Below, one piece after another: positions 40,231 to 51,018 of a DNA stretch of 55,568 nucleotides (positions are counted from its first letter, which is position 1; each line of letters starts with the position of its first letter). The position numbers and the translations under genes are program-made. Source of the DNA: a bacterium. Its GTDB lineage: Bacteria; Zhuqueibacterota; Zhuqueibacteria; Oceanimicrobiales; Oceanimicrobiaceae. Under the pieces are notes generated by a model. That model made no database searches, was not told the origin of the DNA, and saw only the letters and a list, made by a program, of their open reading frames with translations. The stretch spans positions 1 to 55,568 of the forward strand of contig JBHIAC010000007.1 of NCBI GenBank assembly GCA_046758365.1, read 5' to 3'.

Positions 40231-41844
40231 TCACTCATACCCATACAACATTTCAACTCGTTGTTCATAATCCTTTACTTCTTGTTTGATTCTTTTTTTC
40301 TGCCAACCCCAAAATTTCCCCATGACTTTCGCTCCATCTTTGGCACAATCCAGACCTCGGCAAGCACTGGTGCCGAGGCCGGTGCGGCGGAGATAGATGT
40401 CAGCCAGGGTTTTAGGTAGTTCATTTTGTAAAGAGAAAACGATTTGAGCTTTGATATCTAAATTGTTATTACAAATTCTTTCTTTTAGTTGAGGATTTTT
40501 ATCAGTTAATTTTAAAACATGCCAAAACTTTGTGCCATAAAGTGAAATCAAGTATGAAATTTGTTGTTCTTCCAGGCCATATTTCAAGCTATATTTTTTA
40601 GAATTTTCTTTGATATATCGATTTATGTTTTTCATACCCCCTCCCCAAAGCGGGGTTTCATCTGTATGACAGGGAGGGGCTATTTTTTCCATTTTTTCAA
40701 AAATATAATCCACGGTTTCTTCAGCGAGATTTCGATAGGTGGTAAGCTTGCCTCCAATAATTGAAATAAGACCGGGCATCCCTTCTTTTTCGTGGTCAAA
40801 AATAAGGTGCCGACGAGTGATTTCTGCCTCTTCCGTTTCATCCTCCGTTTCAGGTAATGGACGGATTCCTGCTAAGCAGTAGAGGACATCATGATTGGTC
40901 ATCTTGGAGTTAGGAACTACAAAATTGAATTCACGAAGTAGATATTCAATTTCTTCTTGAGAAACTTGTACACCGTCCAAATCGCCGTGGTATCGAATAT
41001 CTGTGGTTCCCACCCAGTAATAATCGCGCCAGGGGATTATAAAAAAAGGGCGTCCATCCTGATGGGCTGGAACATAGAGGGCGTGTTTCGGGGCTCTTTG
41101 GAATTTCGGCAGCAAAATGTGGCTGCCCTTGGTTCCGCCCATCTTTTTTTCGGCTTTTGGATTTTGCAGTTTGAGGATTTCATCAACCCAAGGACCCGAC
41201 GCATTAATAACATATCGACCATAAACAAGCGATTCTTCTCCGCTTATTGTATCACGAACTTTTATCCCTTGAATATAATTGTCCTCCCAAATCAAATCTG
41301 TTACTTCAGTGTAATTATGGATTTCAGCCTTAGCTTCTTGGGCCAGTAGAATATTTTCCAGACAAAGCCGCTCAGGGTAGGTGATCTGACAGTCAAAATA
41401 AACAAAGCCGCCTTTGAGATTTTTACTTCGGATATTTGGTTCCATCACCAATAGTTCATCCGATGAAAAAGATTTATGGTTCTCTAAGCTTTTATCGTAA
41501 GAAAGTATGTCATAAGCTAACAGACCTAATTTGACCTTGCCATATCCGTATTTATTATCTTCGTAAATTGGGATTAAAAATTTAATAGGCTTAACTAAAT
41601 GGGGGGCCTGCTTAAGAAGAATTTCTCGTTCCCGCAGTGATTCTCTTACTAGGCCAATTTCGTAGTGTTCCAGATAGCGAAGACCTCCGTGGATGAGTTT
41701 GGTTGAACGAAAGGTGGTGCCGAAGGCGAAGTCATTTTTTTCTGCTAAATATACCGAAAGACCGCGTTCTGCTGCGTCTCGAGCAATACCAGCGCCGTTT
41801 ATGCCACCGCCAATTATGATAATGTCGAAAATTTTGCTTTCCAT
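40231..41844 (-). CDS. glpD: FAD-dependent glycerol-3-phosphate dehydrogenase
   Basis: IGGGINGAGIARDAAERG, STKLIHGGLRYLE, GTTD, GIRPL, GGKLTTYR. Confidence 0.93.
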   Translation of the reverse strand: MESKIFDIIIIGGGINGAGIARDAAERGLSVYLAEKNDFAFGTTFRSTKLIHGGLRYLEHYEIGLVRESLREREILLKQAPHLVKPIKFLIPIYEDNKYGYGKVKLGLLAYDILSYDKSLENHKSFSSDELLVMEPNIRSKNLKGGFVYFDCQITYPERLCLENILLAQEAKAEIHNYTEVTDLIWEDNYIQGIKVRDTISGEESLVYGRYVINASGPWVDEILKLQNPKAEKKMGGTKGSHILLPKFQRAPKHALYVPAHQDGRPFFIIPWRDYYWVGTTDIRYHGDLDGVQVSQEEIEYLLREFNFVVPNSKMTNHDVLYCLAGIRPLPETEDETEEAEITRRHLIFDHEKEGMPGLISIIGGKLTTYRNLAEETVDYIFEKMEKIAPPCHTDETPLWGGGMKNINRYIKENSKKYSLKYGLEEQQISYLISLYGTKFWHVLKLTDKNPQLKERICNNNLDIKAQIVFSLQNELPKTLADIYLRRTGLGTSACRGLDCAKDGAKVMGKFWGWQKKRIKQEVKDYEQRVEMLYGYE

Positions 41845-42515
41845 CTTAAAGATTTATATTACCACAAAGGCAATTAGGGCACAAAAAATTATTTAGTAGA
41901 AATTGTCGCAGCTCCTGAACCAATAATGATTATATTTCGTTTTTCCATGATTGCGGAATATTTAATTTAATTCGATTGAATTATTTTTAATATGAACAAA
42001 AAAAAGAAATTTGTCAAGAGTGGATAAAAAAGTTAATCTATTTTTTAACATTGATAAAATGAGCTTATTCGTCTTATTAGATTTTAATATTCTTCAAGAT
42101 TTTTTACTTGTAATTTTGTCTGAATCTTTTTATGTTAATTAAAATTAAGGTAACAGTTCAGCGAACGGCCCTCTAATCACAATAGAGATTCTTCATTCAG
42201 TGTATTTGGTGGTTTATCATTCTGACCCCAATGAAAATCGGGGAAAGAATCTTGTGGTTTACGTTTTCTATTCACTTTATCCGCTTAGAATGACAGAGGG
42301 AATGAAATGTTTAAAATTGGGAATCTTTGTAAAGGAAGGGAGTCCTCAGGTTTAATAATAACCCTATGAATTATTTGAAACTAATAATCTGAGACTTTTT
42401 TCTATCATCTCTCCGAACAATCAAGAAAGTAAAATTAACGTCCGAAATAAATAGAATATCTGCCTAATGTTCAAGATTATAAAAATTTAATAGAGATGTA
42501 TTCACGGAATTTGAA

Positions 42516-45500
42516 ATGAAAAAAATATTATGGTTAGTTTGCATCTTAGGGATATTTGCTTTACCCAAAAATTCATTTGCCCAGCTATTCGGTAAAAATA
42601 ATGTCCAATATACTAATTTTGATTGGCACTTTATTCAATCAAAACATTTTAATATCTATTATTATCCGGGAGCTGAACGGGTAGCAGAATTTGTAGCCGA
42701 CATAGCAGAGTCTTCTTATGTGAGTCTTTCTATGGAGTGGAATTATCAGCTTAGAGATCGTATTGTTATTATTCTTTATAAATCTCACAATGATTTTGGT
42801 CAAACTAACCTGAATTTTGGTCCGCCTGAAGAGTCGGTCGGAGGCTTCACAGAATTTTTCAAAAACAGGGTAGTCATTCCTTACGAAGGTTCTTATGAAC
42901 AACTAAGGCACGTGACCCACCATGAACTTACTCATGCCGTTATGTTGCAAATGATTTTTGGTCCAAAAGCTCAATCGATTATCGCTGGAATTTCTCGAGC
43001 ACAGATTCCTTTATGGTTCATAGAAGGAATGGCGGAATATGAGTCGAGGGGTTGGGATACGGAATCAGATATGTTCATACGAGATGCGGTTATAAGTAGT
43101 TATCTCCCGCCGATAGATGATCTTTATGCTTTTTTAGCTTATAAAGGAGGTCAGTCACTTCTTAATTTTATTGCAGAAAAATACGGCGAAAGGAAGATCG
43201 GAGAATTATTGACTAAAGTTAAATTTACCAAAAGTGTTGAGCGAGGATTGCAGCAAAGTATTGGGATCGGCATCAAAGAACTCAGTGAACAATGGCATAA
43301 GTATTTAAAAAAGAACTATTGGCCAGACTATGCCGATCGCCAAGAACCCGGCGAATTTACAAAACAAATTACATTTCATGAAAAGGATAAAAATTTTATC
43401 AACAATAGTGGTGAACTGTCTCCACAGGGGGATAAAATTGCATATCTTTCAGACAAATCTGGTTTTTTCGACATTTACTTAGTTTCAGCCATTGACGGCA
43501 GCCATATTTGTAAATTAGTCAGCGGACAAAAGTCAGGAATGCTTGAGGAATTGCATTGGCTTCGTCCCGGCATCACCTGGGATCCAGAAGGACAAAAGAT
43601 TGCTTTTGCGGCAAAAAGTCGAGAACAAGATGCGCTCCATATTGTAGAGGTACGCAGGAAAAAGATCATTAAAAGTTATAAATTTAATTTAGATGGATTG
43701 TATTCGCCAGATTGGTCGCCAAATGGCGAGGAGATTGCCTTTGTAGGTACACAAAACGGCTTCTCAGATATTTATGTTTATAATTTTAAAACAGAAGAAT
43801 TAAGAAAAGTTACCCATGATATTTTTAGTGATTTAGAACCACGTTGGTCCCCCAACGGCAAATATATTGTTTTTATTTCGGATAGAATGGAATATATTCA
43901 TCCTGAAAATTTAGCAGAAAATTTTAAAATACAAAATGTTAATTACCATGAATTTGACATTTATACAGTCAATATAAAAACTAGAACCATCTCCCGAATC
44001 ACCGACACTGAGAGTAATGAAAAGTCACCTGTTTGGTCTCCGGACGGTTCCAAAATCGCTTTTGTTTCTGATTGTAACGGTATTTATAACATTTATATCA
44101 AAGAGATGTCCACAGAAAAACAAGAAGAAGATTTGTTACTCGCATCTATGGGATTTTTTGAAGATGCTGACAGCAGTCATGGATATCCCCATAGTTTAAA
44201 TTTTGAAGCCAGCTTTTATCCTATAAGCAATGTGTTGACTGGAATCGATCACCTGTCTTGGGAAGGGGAACGATTGTCTTTTACTTGCTTTTATAAAGGG
44301 GGATTTGATATTTTCTTGATGAAAAACCCTCTCAGTATCATGCTCAATGAAGTTCGAGTTAGCTATACCAATTTCATGAAGAAAAAAATCAAAGAAAAAG
44401 AGAAAACCCGTCTTACAGCAAACGAACTTTCTGAAGAAGAAGGGTTAGAGACAGATAATGTAAATAAAGAGACTTTCAGCAATTTTGTTTTTGGTGAAGA
44501 ATTTAAAAAGGGACGCCCCTTGAGTGCTTATGAACCAAAGTCAGAATTATTTCTTAGTCCAAAGGAATATAAAACATTATCCGGGAACTACAAAGTCAAT
44601 AAATACAAAACGAAATTCTCGCCTGACATTATAACCGGTGGTGCGGGTTATGATCCGTTTTTTGGGTTTCAAGGAGCATCCATAATATCATTCAGCGATT
44701 TAATGGGGAACCATCGAATAAATATCTTGACAGATTTATTTATTGATTTTAAAAATAGTGATTTTGCCATAAGCTATTTTTACCTACCGAGGCAAACAGA
44801 CTACGGTGTTGGTGTCTTTCAATATAATTTTCTGTTTTTTAGCCAAGGTCGTTTTTTAGTTCGAGATAGAAATTACGGTTTAAATGTTGCTATGTCCCGT
44901 CCATTTGATAGGTATCGACGAATGGATTTTGGAATAAATTTTATAAATATTTCCCGCAAGGGATTAATTGACTTTGATGAAGATGAACCAAACTTCGCAG
45001 ACCAATCTACTCGGGTACTGTTAACAGGTATTTCTTATGTAAAAGATAATGTTTTGTGGGGCACAACAGGTCCAAAAGCAGGGAGTCGGTATAATATCTC
45101 AATTCAGGCCAGTCCTGCCCTTGGGAGAAATGGATTGGATTTCAGAATTTATCAATTTGATTATAGAACTTATTTTAATTTTTCAAAAAAATATACTTTC
45201 GCCTTTAGACTCGCCGCGGGATTTAGTGAAGGAGGTCATGCACAAAAGTTTTTTCTCGGTGGATTGTACAATTGGATAAATTTGGATTTTCGAAATGACG
45301 TAGAAATAGAATTAGACGATATTTATTTTTCTAACTTTGTTACCCCTTTGCGAGGTTACAGTTATTATGAGAAAGTAGGATCAAAGTTTTTCTTATCGAA
45401 TATTGAATTGCGGGTTCCATTTATAAATTATTTTATGATGGCTTGGCCACTGCCCATTGGGTTTACTAATATTCGAGGCTCTATTTTTGTGGATATTGGG

Positions 45501-45701
45501 AGTGCCTGGGATAACGACTTTAATTTTTTTACAAAAACATCCAGTGGGGCTTTTAAACTTGATGATGTACTTATGTCCTTTGGATGGGGAATCCGGGCTA
45601 ATCTTGGGTTTTTTCTTTTTAAATATGATATTGCTTGGCGAACTGATCTAACCGGGACCTCAAGGCCGCATCATTTGTTCTCAATTGGAGCAGATTTCTA
45701 A
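42516..45701 (+). CDS. Outer-membrane Omp85/BamA-type barrel fused to a peptidase-MA-like domain and TolB/PD40 propeller
   Basis: Signal peptide; QLFGKNNVQY; HELTH + WFIEGMAEY; repeated SPDWSP/PRWSP/PVWSP; PLRGY; C-terminal FSIGADF. Confidence 0.87.
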   Translation: MKKILWLVCILGIFALPKNSFAQLFGKNNVQYTNFDWHFIQSKHFNIYYYPGAERVAEFVADIAESSYVSLSMEWNYQLRDRIVIILYKSHNDFGQTNLNFGPPEESVGGFTEFFKNRVVIPYEGSYEQLRHVTHHELTHAVMLQMIFGPKAQSIIAGISRAQIPLWFIEGMAEYESRGWDTESDMFIRDAVISSYLPPIDDLYAFLAYKGGQSLLNFIAEKYGERKIGELLTKVKFTKSVERGLQQSIGIGIKELSEQWHKYLKKNYWPDYADRQEPGEFTKQITFHEKDKNFINNSGELSPQGDKIAYLSDKSGFFDIYLVSAIDGSHICKLVSGQKSGMLEELHWLRPGITWDPEGQKIAFAAKSREQDALHIVEVRRKKIIKSYKFNLDGLYSPDWSPNGEEIAFVGTQNGFSDIYVYNFKTEELRKVTHDIFSDLEPRWSPNGKYIVFISDRMEYIHPENLAENFKIQNVNYHEFDIYTVNIKTRTISRITDTESNEKSPVWSPDGSKIAFVSDCNGIYNIYIKEMSTEKQEEDLLLASMGFFEDADSSHGYPHSLNFEASFYPISNVLTGIDHLSWEGERLSFTCFYKGGFDIFLMKNPLSIMLNEVRVSYTNFMKKKIKEKEKTRLTANELSEEEGLETDNVNKETFSNFVFGEEFKKGRPLSAYEPKSELFLSPKEYKTLSGNYKVNKYKTKFSPDIITGGAGYDPFFGFQGASIISFSDLMGNHRINILTDLFIDFKNSDFAISYFYLPRQTDYGVGVFQYNFLFFSQGRFLVRDRNYGLNVAMSRPFDRYRRMDFGINFINISRKGLIDFDEDEPNFADQSTRVLLTGISYVKDNVLWGTTGPKAGSRYNISIQASPALGRNGLDFRIYQFDYRTYFNFSKKYTFAFRLAAGFSEGGHAQKFFLGGLYNWINLDFRNDVEIELDDIYFSNFVTPLRGYSYYEKVGSKFFLSNIELRVPFINYFMMAWPLPIGFTNIRGSIFVDIGSAWDNDFNFFTKTSSGAFKLDDVLMSFGWGIRANLGFFLFKYDIAWRTDLTGTSRPHHLFSIGADF

Positions 45702-45735
45702 ACTAAAAGGCGTTGTAATTTTTGCTGTTTTCAAT

Positions 45736-45768
45736 AAGGGAGCATTATTAGAGCGTTCCCTTTTTATT
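45736..45768 (+). terminator. Possible intrinsic terminator
   Basis: AAGGGAGC...GTTCCCTT stem followed by a T-rich tract, 35 bp after the stop. Confidence 0.5.
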
Positions 45769-45873
45769 TGTATAAAAAATAAGATAAAAATCATTGATTT
45801 TTTAAACTTAGCTCTCTATATTAATAATAGTTAATATTTAACAATTTGAAAGCCATTTCCTAGGAGAATAACC

Positions 45874-46287
45874 ATGGAATCTTCCACCCTTCGATCTTCC
45901 ATTAATTTATTAAATCCATCCAAGCCGATTTGTGTGAAATATGGAACCCGGATTAATGATGTGATACAAATTATGCGGGAGAATCGAATTGGTTGCGTTT
46001 GTGTGGTGGACCAAAATGAGTTAGTTGGCATTTTTACAGAACGCGATATTTTAACTAAAGTGATTGGGGGAAAATTAGACATAAAAAAGACCGGTGTGGA
46101 AGAAGTTATGACTCCAAATCCTGAATATTTGTATGACGATGATGAAATTGCTTTCGCTTTAAATAGAATGCACGTTGGCGGCTTTAGACATATCCCTCTG
46201 ATTGATCTTAATGGTAATCCAACTGGGGTTGTTACTGTCAAAGATATTATAGCACATTTAATAAGAAGTTTGGATAAGGAAAATTAA
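45874..46287 (+). CDS. CBS-domain-pair protein
   Basis: LVGIFTERD, EVMTPNP, GGFRHIPLID; AGGAG RBS. Confidence 0.9.
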   Translation: MESSTLRSSINLLNPSKPICVKYGTRINDVIQIMRENRIGCVCVVDQNELVGIFTERDILTKVIGGKLDIKKTGVEEVMTPNPEYLYDDDEIAFALNRMHVGGFRHIPLIDLNGNPTGVVTVKDIIAHLIRSLDKEN

Positions 46288-46479
46288 AATCTTATCACGG
46301 CGTAGCCGCAATTAAATTATAGTAAGAGCCACGAATTCCAACAAACAACCCAACGGATGGAAAAACCAAGAAAATATCTGTTGGGTTTATTAATCCGTTG
46401 GAAGTATGTTTTGGTAATAATTTTTTTGCACAAAAAACAAAGATTTGACTGATAATACTTTAATAAGGAGGCGAAAAAA

Positions 46480-47025
46480 TTGGGTACGATAGAAAATGAT
46501 CAATTTGATGATGAATTTAAAAGTATGCAAGAACTCATGGATGAAGTGGAAATAACCCTCAAAGATAATAATCTTCAAATTCCCTTGAGTGCTTTGGCTC
46601 TTAAAAGCCCAGTCCTTGTTGAGACAGGAACTTCCATTGACCAATGTATTCAAACTTTTTTACAGAACCATATAGATTGTATTCTAGTTGTAGAAAACAA
46701 TGAACTGAGGGGGATTTTTACTGAATGGGACGTGCTTATGAAAATAGTTGGTTTAAAAAACGATTTAGCTAAGATAAATGTAAATGATTATATGACCCCA
46801 AATCCCATTACCTTAAATCTTAAAGACCCTATAGTTTCTGCCTTGCGTTTAATGCATCAAGGGGGGTACAGACATATTCCCTTAATGGATGAAAAAAATT
46901 ATCCTGTAAGGATAATTTCAGTTAAAGATATCGTTAGTTACATAGTAGAATTTTTCCCACAAGAAGTATTAAATTTACCGCCTCATCCTATTCGTGTTGG
47001 TACAAAAAATCGAGAAGGGGGTTAA
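46480..47025 (+). CDS. CBS-domain-pair protein
   Basis: LRGIFTEWD, YMTPNP, GGYRHIPL, FFPQEVLNLPP; AGGAGG RBS before TTG. Confidence 0.9.
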   Translation: MGTIENDQFDDEFKSMQELMDEVEITLKDNNLQIPLSALALKSPVLVETGTSIDQCIQTFLQNHIDCILVVENNELRGIFTEWDVLMKIVGLKNDLAKINVNDYMTPNPITLNLKDPIVSALRLMHQGGYRHIPLMDEKNYPVRIISVKDIVSYIVEFFPQEVLNLPPHPIRVGTKNREGG

Positions 47026-47181
47026 TGTTAATGATATTTATGATGTTGGTGTTTTGCACCTACGTCATTTACTATTTTGTGAACATTCTTAATAATTTTG
47101 GCATTATGTAACAGTATGAGTTGTTATTATATAATAGAAATTTGTAAAAGAAATCATTAGATTGATGGAGAGCCAACAATA

Positions 47182-49014
47182 ATGAGAAAATCTATAGAAA
47201 ATGTAAAAGAAGTTACTATACGTTTTGCTGGCGATTCTGGAGATGGGATGCAGCTTGTAGGGGGGGAATTGGCCAACACTTCAGCGTTACTTGGTAATGA
47301 TATTGGTATTTTACCAGACTTTCCTGCAGAAATTCGCGCGCCTGCAGGAACCCTCCCAGGCGTTAGTGGTTATCAATTACACATCAGTAGCTTTGATATT
47401 CATACGCCTGGTGAAAAATACGATGCGCTGGTGTCTATGAACCCAGCCGCATTGAAGATGAATATTGAAAACCTAAAACCCAATGGGATTTTGATTGTAA
47501 ACATCGATAGTTTTAAGTCGAGAAATCTCCATTTGGCGCATTTCAATTCCAACCCGTTGGAAGATGGTTCCTTAGATAAATATCAATTATTTGCGGTCGA
47601 TATTACAGACCTTACCCGCAAAGCTCTCGAAGAACTAAAACTTTCTGTGAAGGTAGTCGACCGATGTAAAAACTTCTTTGCTTTAGGGATGATTTTCTGG
47701 TTGTATAACCGCCCTATGGAGCATGCAATTAATCTAATTAGAACCAAATTCGCAAAAAAGCCGGAATTAATAGAGGCTAATATCCGTGTTTTAAGGGCAG
47801 GTTATGCATATTGTGAAGCAACAGAGCAATTCGCAACCTCCTATGAGGTTAAACCGGCTAAATTACCACCTGGAAAATATCGCAATTTAAGCGGAAATGT
47901 GGGAGTGGCTCTTGGTTTAATTGTGGCTGCTCAAAAATCAGGCTTACCTCTGTTTTTTGGAAGTTATCCCATCACGCCGGCTAGTGATATTTTACATGAA
48001 TTGGCGAAATACAAACATTTTGGAGTGCGTACCTTTCAAGCGGAGGATGAAATTGCAGCCATTTGTGCGGCTATTGGGGCTTCTTATGCTGGGTCTCTAG
48101 GTGTGACTTCAACCAGCGGTCCGGGTTTGGCTCTAAAAACCGAAGCGCTTGGTTTGGCTGTGAGTGTGGAATTACCCCTGGTGGTTTGCAACATTCAGCG
48201 AGCAGGACCCAGTACCGGAATGCCTACTAAAACAGAGCAAGCAGATCTGCTGCAAGCTATCTTTGGCAGAAATAGTGAGGCCCCTTTACCTGTTATTGCT
48301 GCCTCAAGACCTTCGGATTGTTTTCAGACAGCTTACGAGGCCTGTAGAATCGCAATTAAATATATGACCCCTGTTATATTCCTATCCGATGGTTATTTAG
48401 CCAATGGAGCTGAGCCTTGGCCTGTTCCAAAAGTAGACGAACTCGCGGAAATACCAGTTCAATTTGCTAAGGATCTAGAAAGTTTTGCCCCGTTTTTACG
48501 CGATGAAGAAACATTAGCACGTCCCTGGGCAATTCCAGGAACCCCGAATTTGGAACACAGAATCGGTGGATTAGAAAAGGAGGCGGTTACGGGTCATGTA
48601 AGCTATGATCCTCGAAATCATGAATATATGGTAAATATGCGAGCCAAAAAGGTTGCGAATATAGCTGAGGATATCCCACCCACAGAAATCGAAGGCAGAG
48701 AAAAAGGCAAATTGCTTGTGGTAGGCTGGGGAAGCAGTTATGGTGCCATTAAAACCGCTGTGGAAAATAAACAAAAGGAAGGTAAGTCAGTTTCCAGAAT
48801 ACATTTGTGTTATCTTAATCCACTTCCTAACGATTTGGGAGACATATTACACAATTTTGAGAAAATATTAGTGCCTGAAATTAATATGGGACAGCTATTA
48901 AAAGTTCTGCGAGCAAAATATTTAGTGCCTGCCATTGGATATAGTAAAGTGCAGGGACTGCCATTTTTTGCTTCAGAAATCGAACAAAAAATTGATGAAA
49001 TTCTTGGAGAATAA
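47182..49014 (+). CDS. korA: 2-oxoacid:ferredoxin oxidoreductase alpha subunit (gamma-alpha fusion)
   Basis: IRFAGDSGDGMQL, SYPITPAS, QAEDEIAA, TSGPG, QRAGPSTGMPTKTEQAD. Confidence 0.93.
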   Translation: MRKSIENVKEVTIRFAGDSGDGMQLVGGELANTSALLGNDIGILPDFPAEIRAPAGTLPGVSGYQLHISSFDIHTPGEKYDALVSMNPAALKMNIENLKPNGILIVNIDSFKSRNLHLAHFNSNPLEDGSLDKYQLFAVDITDLTRKALEELKLSVKVVDRCKNFFALGMIFWLYNRPMEHAINLIRTKFAKKPELIEANIRVLRAGYAYCEATEQFATSYEVKPAKLPPGKYRNLSGNVGVALGLIVAAQKSGLPLFFGSYPITPASDILHELAKYKHFGVRTFQAEDEIAAICAAIGASYAGSLGVTSTSGPGLALKTEALGLAVSVELPLVVCNIQRAGPSTGMPTKTEQADLLQAIFGRNSEAPLPVIAASRPSDCFQTAYEACRIAIKYMTPVIFLSDGYLANGAEPWPVPKVDELAEIPVQFAKDLESFAPFLRDEETLARPWAIPGTPNLEHRIGGLEKEAVTGHVSYDPRNHEYMVNMRAKKVANIAEDIPPTEIEGREKGKLLVVGWGSSYGAIKTAVENKQKEGKSVSRIHLCYLNPLPNDLGDILHNFEKILVPEINMGQLLKVLRAKYLVPAIGYSKVQGLPFFASEIEQKIDEILGE

Positions 49015-49015
49015 A

Positions 49016-50068
49016 ATGAGTTTACAAGATAAATCTGAACCACCCGATGAACCTACTTCTTTGAAATTAACAAAAAAAGATTTCGAATCAGATCAGGAAG
49101 TACGTTGGTGCCCAGGTTGCGGCGACTATTCTATTCTAGCCCAGACTCAAAGAACATTGCCTGATTTGGGTATTCCAAAAGAAAAATATGTGTTTGTTTC
49201 CGGCATTGGATGTTCCAGTAGGTTTCCCTATTACATGGACACATACGGATTTCATACCATTCACGGTCGTGCACCAGCAATAGCCTCAGGGATAAAAGCC
49301 GTAAATCCGGATTTATCTGTTTGGGTAATTACTGGAGATGGTGACGGATTAAGTATTGGGGGAAATCATTTAATTCATCTTCTTCGTAGGAATTTGGATA
49401 TTAATGTCATCTTATTTAATAATCGAATTTATGGACTCACTAAAGGACAGTATTCCCCCACCTCCGAATTTGGCAAGGTCACTAAATCTACACCTATGGG
49501 GTCAATAGATTATCCATTCAACCCCGTCAGTGTTGCTATTGGTGCAGGGGCAACTTTTGTGGCTCGGGCTGTGGACCGGGACCCAGCCCATTTACAACAA
49601 ATTCTTAAAAGAGCCTCAGAGCACAAGGGCACTTCTTTTGTAGAGGTATTCCAGAATTGTAATATATTTAACGATGGTGCTTGGTTTAAATATACTGAAA
49701 AGAATACTAAAGCAGACACTGTTGTTTATCTTGAACATGCTAAGCCCTTGATTTTTGGATCCCAGAAAGATAAAGGCATACGCCTGAACGGATTTAAACC
49801 AGAGGTGGTTTCCCTTAACAACGATAAATATAGTCAGGATGATTTGCTTGTACACAATGAAAAACAAAGCGAGCCAACTCTGGCTTTTATATTCAGTCAT
49901 ATGATTGAAAATCCCGCATTGCCTGTACCAGTTGGGGTCTTTCGTTGCGTTGAACAAATGTGTTATGAAGATGCCTTAAATCAGCAAATTGAAACGGCCA
50001 AAGAAATCTATGGTGAGCCAGATTTACAAGCGCTGCTGGAATCAGGGGATACTTGGGAGGTAAAATAG
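49016..50068 (+). CDS. korB: 2-oxoacid:ferredoxin oxidoreductase beta subunit
   Basis: WCPGCGD, SGIGCSSR, GDGDGLSIGGNH...NN (TPP binding). Start ATG 49016. Confidence 0.93.
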   Translation: MSLQDKSEPPDEPTSLKLTKKDFESDQEVRWCPGCGDYSILAQTQRTLPDLGIPKEKYVFVSGIGCSSRFPYYMDTYGFHTIHGRAPAIASGIKAVNPDLSVWVITGDGDGLSIGGNHLIHLLRRNLDINVILFNNRIYGLTKGQYSPTSEFGKVTKSTPMGSIDYPFNPVSVAIGAGATFVARAVDRDPAHLQQILKRASEHKGTSFVEVFQNCNIFNDGAWFKYTEKNTKADTVVYLEHAKPLIFGSQKDKGIRLNGFKPEVVSLNNDKYSQDDLLVHNEKQSEPTLAFIFSHMIENPALPVPVGVFRCVEQMCYEDALNQQIETAKEIYGEPDLQALLESGDTWEVK

Positions 50069-50100
50069 GTTTTAATTTAATTTAGTTTGTTCTATTATTT

Positions 50101-50134
50101 AAGCCCGGTATGTGGTTTACTGGGCTTCTTTTTT
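50101..50134 (+). terminator. Intrinsic terminator after korAB
   Basis: AAGCCCGGTA...TACTGGGCTT stem followed by CTTTTTT. Confidence 0.75.
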
Positions 50135-50192
50135 ATTTTGGTGAGAATTAGTTTTACTTGAAAATTAAGGGGAAATTTTGTATTTTTATTTT

Positions 50193-50585
50193 ATGGATTT
50201 AAAAAAAATAAAAAAGCGAATTGAAGAACGATACGACAAACGCCATGCAAAACTGGAAAGTCGTAGGGTTAAATTACTTAATAAAATTAAAGCAGGACTA
50301 ACAGAAATTCTCTGTGAATTTCCTTCTGTCAGTAAAATTGCTGTTTATGGTTCGTTGGTTAGAGCTGGTTACTTCACAGAACTATCGGATGTAGATATTG
50401 CTGTTAAGGATTTACCGAATTCAGAATATTGGAAAGCTTTATTATGGCTGGAAAGATGTCTTGAATTTGAAAATATAGACTTAGTAAGAATTGAAGATGC
50501 TAAGCCGATTATTTTAAAATACATTGACAAAGGCGATGTAATTTATGAAAAAGAAATTCGAGAGCTTAAAAACTCTGAAATCTGA
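50193..50585 (+). CDS. Minimal nucleotidyltransferase (MNT/MntA-like antitoxin)
   Basis: VYGSLVRAG...SDVDIAV...IDLV; 130 aa. Confidence 0.88.
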   Translation: MDLKKIKKRIEERYDKRHAKLESRRVKLLNKIKAGLTEILCEFPSVSKIAVYGSLVRAGYFTELSDVDIAVKDLPNSEYWKALLWLERCLEFENIDLVRIEDAKPIILKYIDKGDVIYEKEIRELKNSEI

Positions 50586-50652
50586 GATTCGGGATGTAAT
50601 ACAAAACTCTGTTGAACACTTTTTGAATTATTTAGATGAAATTGCATCTTAA
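50545..50652 (+). pseudogene. Collapsed HEPN (HepT-like) toxin, 35 aa
   Basis: Overlaps the MNT 3' end. MKKKFESLKTLKSEIRD|VIQNSVEHFLNYLDEIAS* resembles the N- and C-terminal helices of a HEPN partner with the RxxxxH core missing. Confidence 0.55.
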
Positions 50653-51018
50653 TATGGATTTACGAAATTCCTCAAAAAAGAAAGGTCGTTTTTATATTGC
50701 AATATCTTGGCTTTTAGCGCGTCTTTGGTGGAGTATAGAAATTTCTCGACTTACTATATTGCGCATAAAACCAAAAGCGGTGATAAATCGCATCACCCAA
50801 GATCAACGCGAACTACCCCCCTGTCATTGGGTGTTAGATAGAAACACCCTTTACTGTTTGGGGGTCGATGACAGGAATGATGAAATGATCATTAGAGAAA
50901 CACCTCTCATTGAACTAAATTGAATTCATGACATTGGTGCAAAAACAGGCTAATTTCAACTTTAAAGACGTAGGATAATAATCCAACGTCTTTTAGGACG
51001 ATTGTGGAGTTTTGCTTA

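Noticed and set aside
50636..50923. 89-95-aa ORF after the MNT module as the toxin
   Set aside because: No HEPN RxxxxH or other motif and no RBS; left uncalled.
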